DNA of 64,000 nucleotides. Source: Podarcis erhardii (lineage: Eukaryota). The stretch is from NCBI GenBank assembly GCA_964252035.1, contig OZ176207.1; one strand, given 5' to 3'. This document shows positions 61,577-64,000 of the stretch, piece after piece (position 1 is the first letter of the stretch; the number at the start of each line of letters is the position of its first letter). The notes under the pieces were generated by a model. It ran no database searches. It saw only the letters and a list, made by a program, of their open reading frames with translations, and was not told the origin of the DNA. The position numbers and the translations under genes are program-made.

Positions 61577-61816
61577 CAGTCAAACCTCGGCTCCCGAATG
61601 GCTCCGTTTTTGAACAATTTGGCTCCTGAACACTGAAAACCTGGAAGTAAATGCTCGGTTTTTCGAATGTTTTTCGGAAGCCGAACGTCTGACATGGCTT
61701 CCGCTGAGTGCAGGAAGCTTTTACAACCAATCGGAAGCCATGATTTAGTTGCTGAACATTTCGGAAGCTGAATGGGCTTCTGGAAATGATTGCATTCGAC
61801 AACCGAGGTTTGACCG
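61577..61816. mobile_element. Tigger-like MITE
   Basis: TIR cagtcaaacctcgg / ccgaggtttgaccg with TA TSD. Confidence 0.85.
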
Positions 61817-62975
61817 TACAATAAAAAGGGGAAACATTGTTGTAGTCCTCACATCTCCTGCCATGGCAAGCCAGCAGGGCTTTGGAAGGAACAAGGGCTT
61901 TGGAAATAGCCACTTCAACCCCATTTGGGATTGATTTATGCACCAAGGAATAAAGTGCACTCAAGTTCCTCCCAGAGTAAATATGCATATGTGAAACTAT
62001 TAAGCTGCAAACTTGCCCTTAAATGTACCGTTTGGTTCTGGGAGGTGCCATATTACCAAAACGCAAGTCACAATTGATCTCTAAAATAACATGTTAAGAG
62101 ATCCAATTGCAATTAGTTTTCCGAGACCTCCTGATGAGCTGCTTCTTATAAGTGAACATTCAGAAATGATCAAAGCTGCTAATTGATTGCATTTCGCTCC
62201 AGAGGTGTCCTGCCCTCCTTTTCCTTCCCACACCCTATCAGGGCAGCTACTGTAAAACTCAGGCGTATGACACAGATAACAAGAACTGAAGAACTTGCAA
62301 TCTTATTAAGTCTTTCGAGGAGAGATAGGAGTGCCTTGGATTCATGCCAAGATGACCCAATTAACCTCACCATGAAGCGGCTGCGCTGATAACCTGAACG
62401 TTAAATGCAAACATCGAACATCCCCCGAAAATGGAGCTCAGTCCATCATGCTTCCCCCAATGCCCACATTTTAGGGCTTGCAAAACTGGCAGTGCATACA
62501 CTGATTTTTAATGCCAGCTCTGCTGTTTCAACCTTATTATAAATGACCACGTCTCAACAATCTTTCCAAGCAGTCAGCAAGGCATAGGTCAAGATCGCTC
62601 TTAATCAGAATTAGAGTTGACTGCTGAATATAAATGGCAATGGCATCTACCTAACCTAAATAAATATTTTTTTTCAATTAAAAGAGTGACTGTTGTTATC
62701 TCTTAATGAACAGCAGCTGTGTATCAAAAGCTTAGAAGGCATACATGTACTGTAGTATTTGAATGATTAGATGGAAGGATTTCAGTTGTTTCCAATCCAC
62801 ACTTTACTTGCTGACATTACCCAATCAATATTCCATAATACAGGAGTGGCCAAAATGGTACCCCCTGGATGGACTAGAACTTCTATCACCCTCAAGCCAA
62901 CATGGCCAGGAATTATGGGAGTTGGAGTCTGTAATGTCTTGCGGGCACCATGTTGGCTACTGCTGCCATAAGATA

Positions 62976-63234
62976 CCGTATTTTTCACTCTATAAGATGC
63001 ACCAGACCACAAGACGCACCTAGTTTTTGGAGGAGGAAAACAAGAAAAAAAAATTTTTGAATCTCAGAAGCCAGAACAGCAAGAGGGATCGCTGCGCAGT
63101 GAAAGCAGCAATCCCTCTTGCTCTTCTGGCTTCTGGGATAGCTGCGCAGCCTGCATTCGCTCCATAAGACGCACACACATTTCCCCTTACTTTTTAGGAG
63201 GGAAAAAGAGAGTCTTATAGAGCAAAAAATACAG
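62976..63234. mobile_element. Tc1/mariner (pogo/Tc2-like) MITE
   Basis: ta + ccgtatttttcactctataaga ... tcttatagagcaaaaaatacag + ta. Confidence 0.85.
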
Positions 63235-63401
63235 TAACCTTAGATCCGTTTCTTAACATATCATTAATAGAACGAAAAGTTATCGAAGCCAAATTGGCTC
63301 CAGTTGTAAAACTGCAACAAAGTCTAACGCCTTTCTACACTGCACTTCCATATATATTGTTGTGAGGGTTTTTTTTTGTTTTTTTAATGGGGGGGGTATA
63401 C

Positions 63402-63790
63402 TGTATGCCTGAGACCCTTCTAATTCCTCAATCCAGAAATGATTCAGTTGTTGGAATAGCCAGACCAGGTTCTTGGTGAGTTAATGGCCCCTAAGTATGA
63501 GATGTCATGGTAACAAAGGCTTTGTGCCAGGGGGCAAAGGGCACATTTCCCTCAACTGGCTGGTATTGAGAAAGACAGAAGCCAGAGTTGATTGTGTGTG
63601 AATGAGGCTAGAAGCAGGCAGAAGCCAGAGAGTGAGGGACACACTGTGACAAACGGAGAAGCAAGAGCTTATGGGGTTTAATGCCGCGACCCTTCCATCC
63701 TAGGCTCAGATTGTATATATGTGTAAATAAACCATATATCATAAAGACACCCAAGTCCCTCATTCCAAGGAAACCACACTATGGTATCTC
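63402..63790 (+). mobile_element. Probable solo LTR
   Basis: Starts TGT and contains tgtatatatgtgtaaataaacc (AATAAA at about 63726) in an LTR-like layout; possible 4-bp TSD atac, but the right terminus is ambiguous. Confidence 0.35.
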
Positions 63791-64000
63791 ATACTGCTTA
63801 GAGGTTGGGATGGTGTGCAACAATATTACTTGTTGTGAGGAAGTGTTAAAGTTTGATAGTCCAACAATCCTGTTGATAATTTAAAAATAAACAAATCAGC
63901 ATTGGAAATCAGTCCGTTCATCTTCTGGTGGCTCAGCACTGCAGAGCTGAGGGAATAATGAAAAATCCAAAGGCAATGGGTGCCACTCACACTGTCTTCT

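Noticed and set aside
62179-62389. Bidirectional short ORFs
   Set aside because: No recognisable product or convincing exon boundaries.

Overview
Vertebrate nuclear DNA, almost certainly from a squamate and probably a lacertid lizard, judging by Sauria SINEs, BovB, a Squam3-like CORE SINE, squamate L2/CR1 tails and hAT/Tigger MITEs. I could not recognise any host protein-coding gene, tRNA/rRNA gene or CRISPR array. The window reads as intronic or intergenic sequence densely filled with transposable elements. Every long ORF I could assign is retroelement-derived (L1, RTE/BovB, RTEX-like, L2, Rex1/Babar). The main observations are: (1) a minimal type I hammerhead ribozyme in a Penelope-like insertion (46685-46722, minus strand), whose cleavage site falls inside a perfect 41-bp inverted repeat; (2) two 602-bp solo LTRs 42 kb apart, each with a shared open acidic/Pro-rich, Arg-rich ORF starting at nucleotide 5 of the LTR; (3) a 4.3-kb nested stack in which an RTEX-like LINE holds a hAT MITE that holds a Rex1/Babar LINE; (4) a single BovB insertion joining an inverted 5'-region segment to the 3' end; (5) several long hairpins derived from transposable elements. 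Family names come from recalled sequence motifs, not from database searches.
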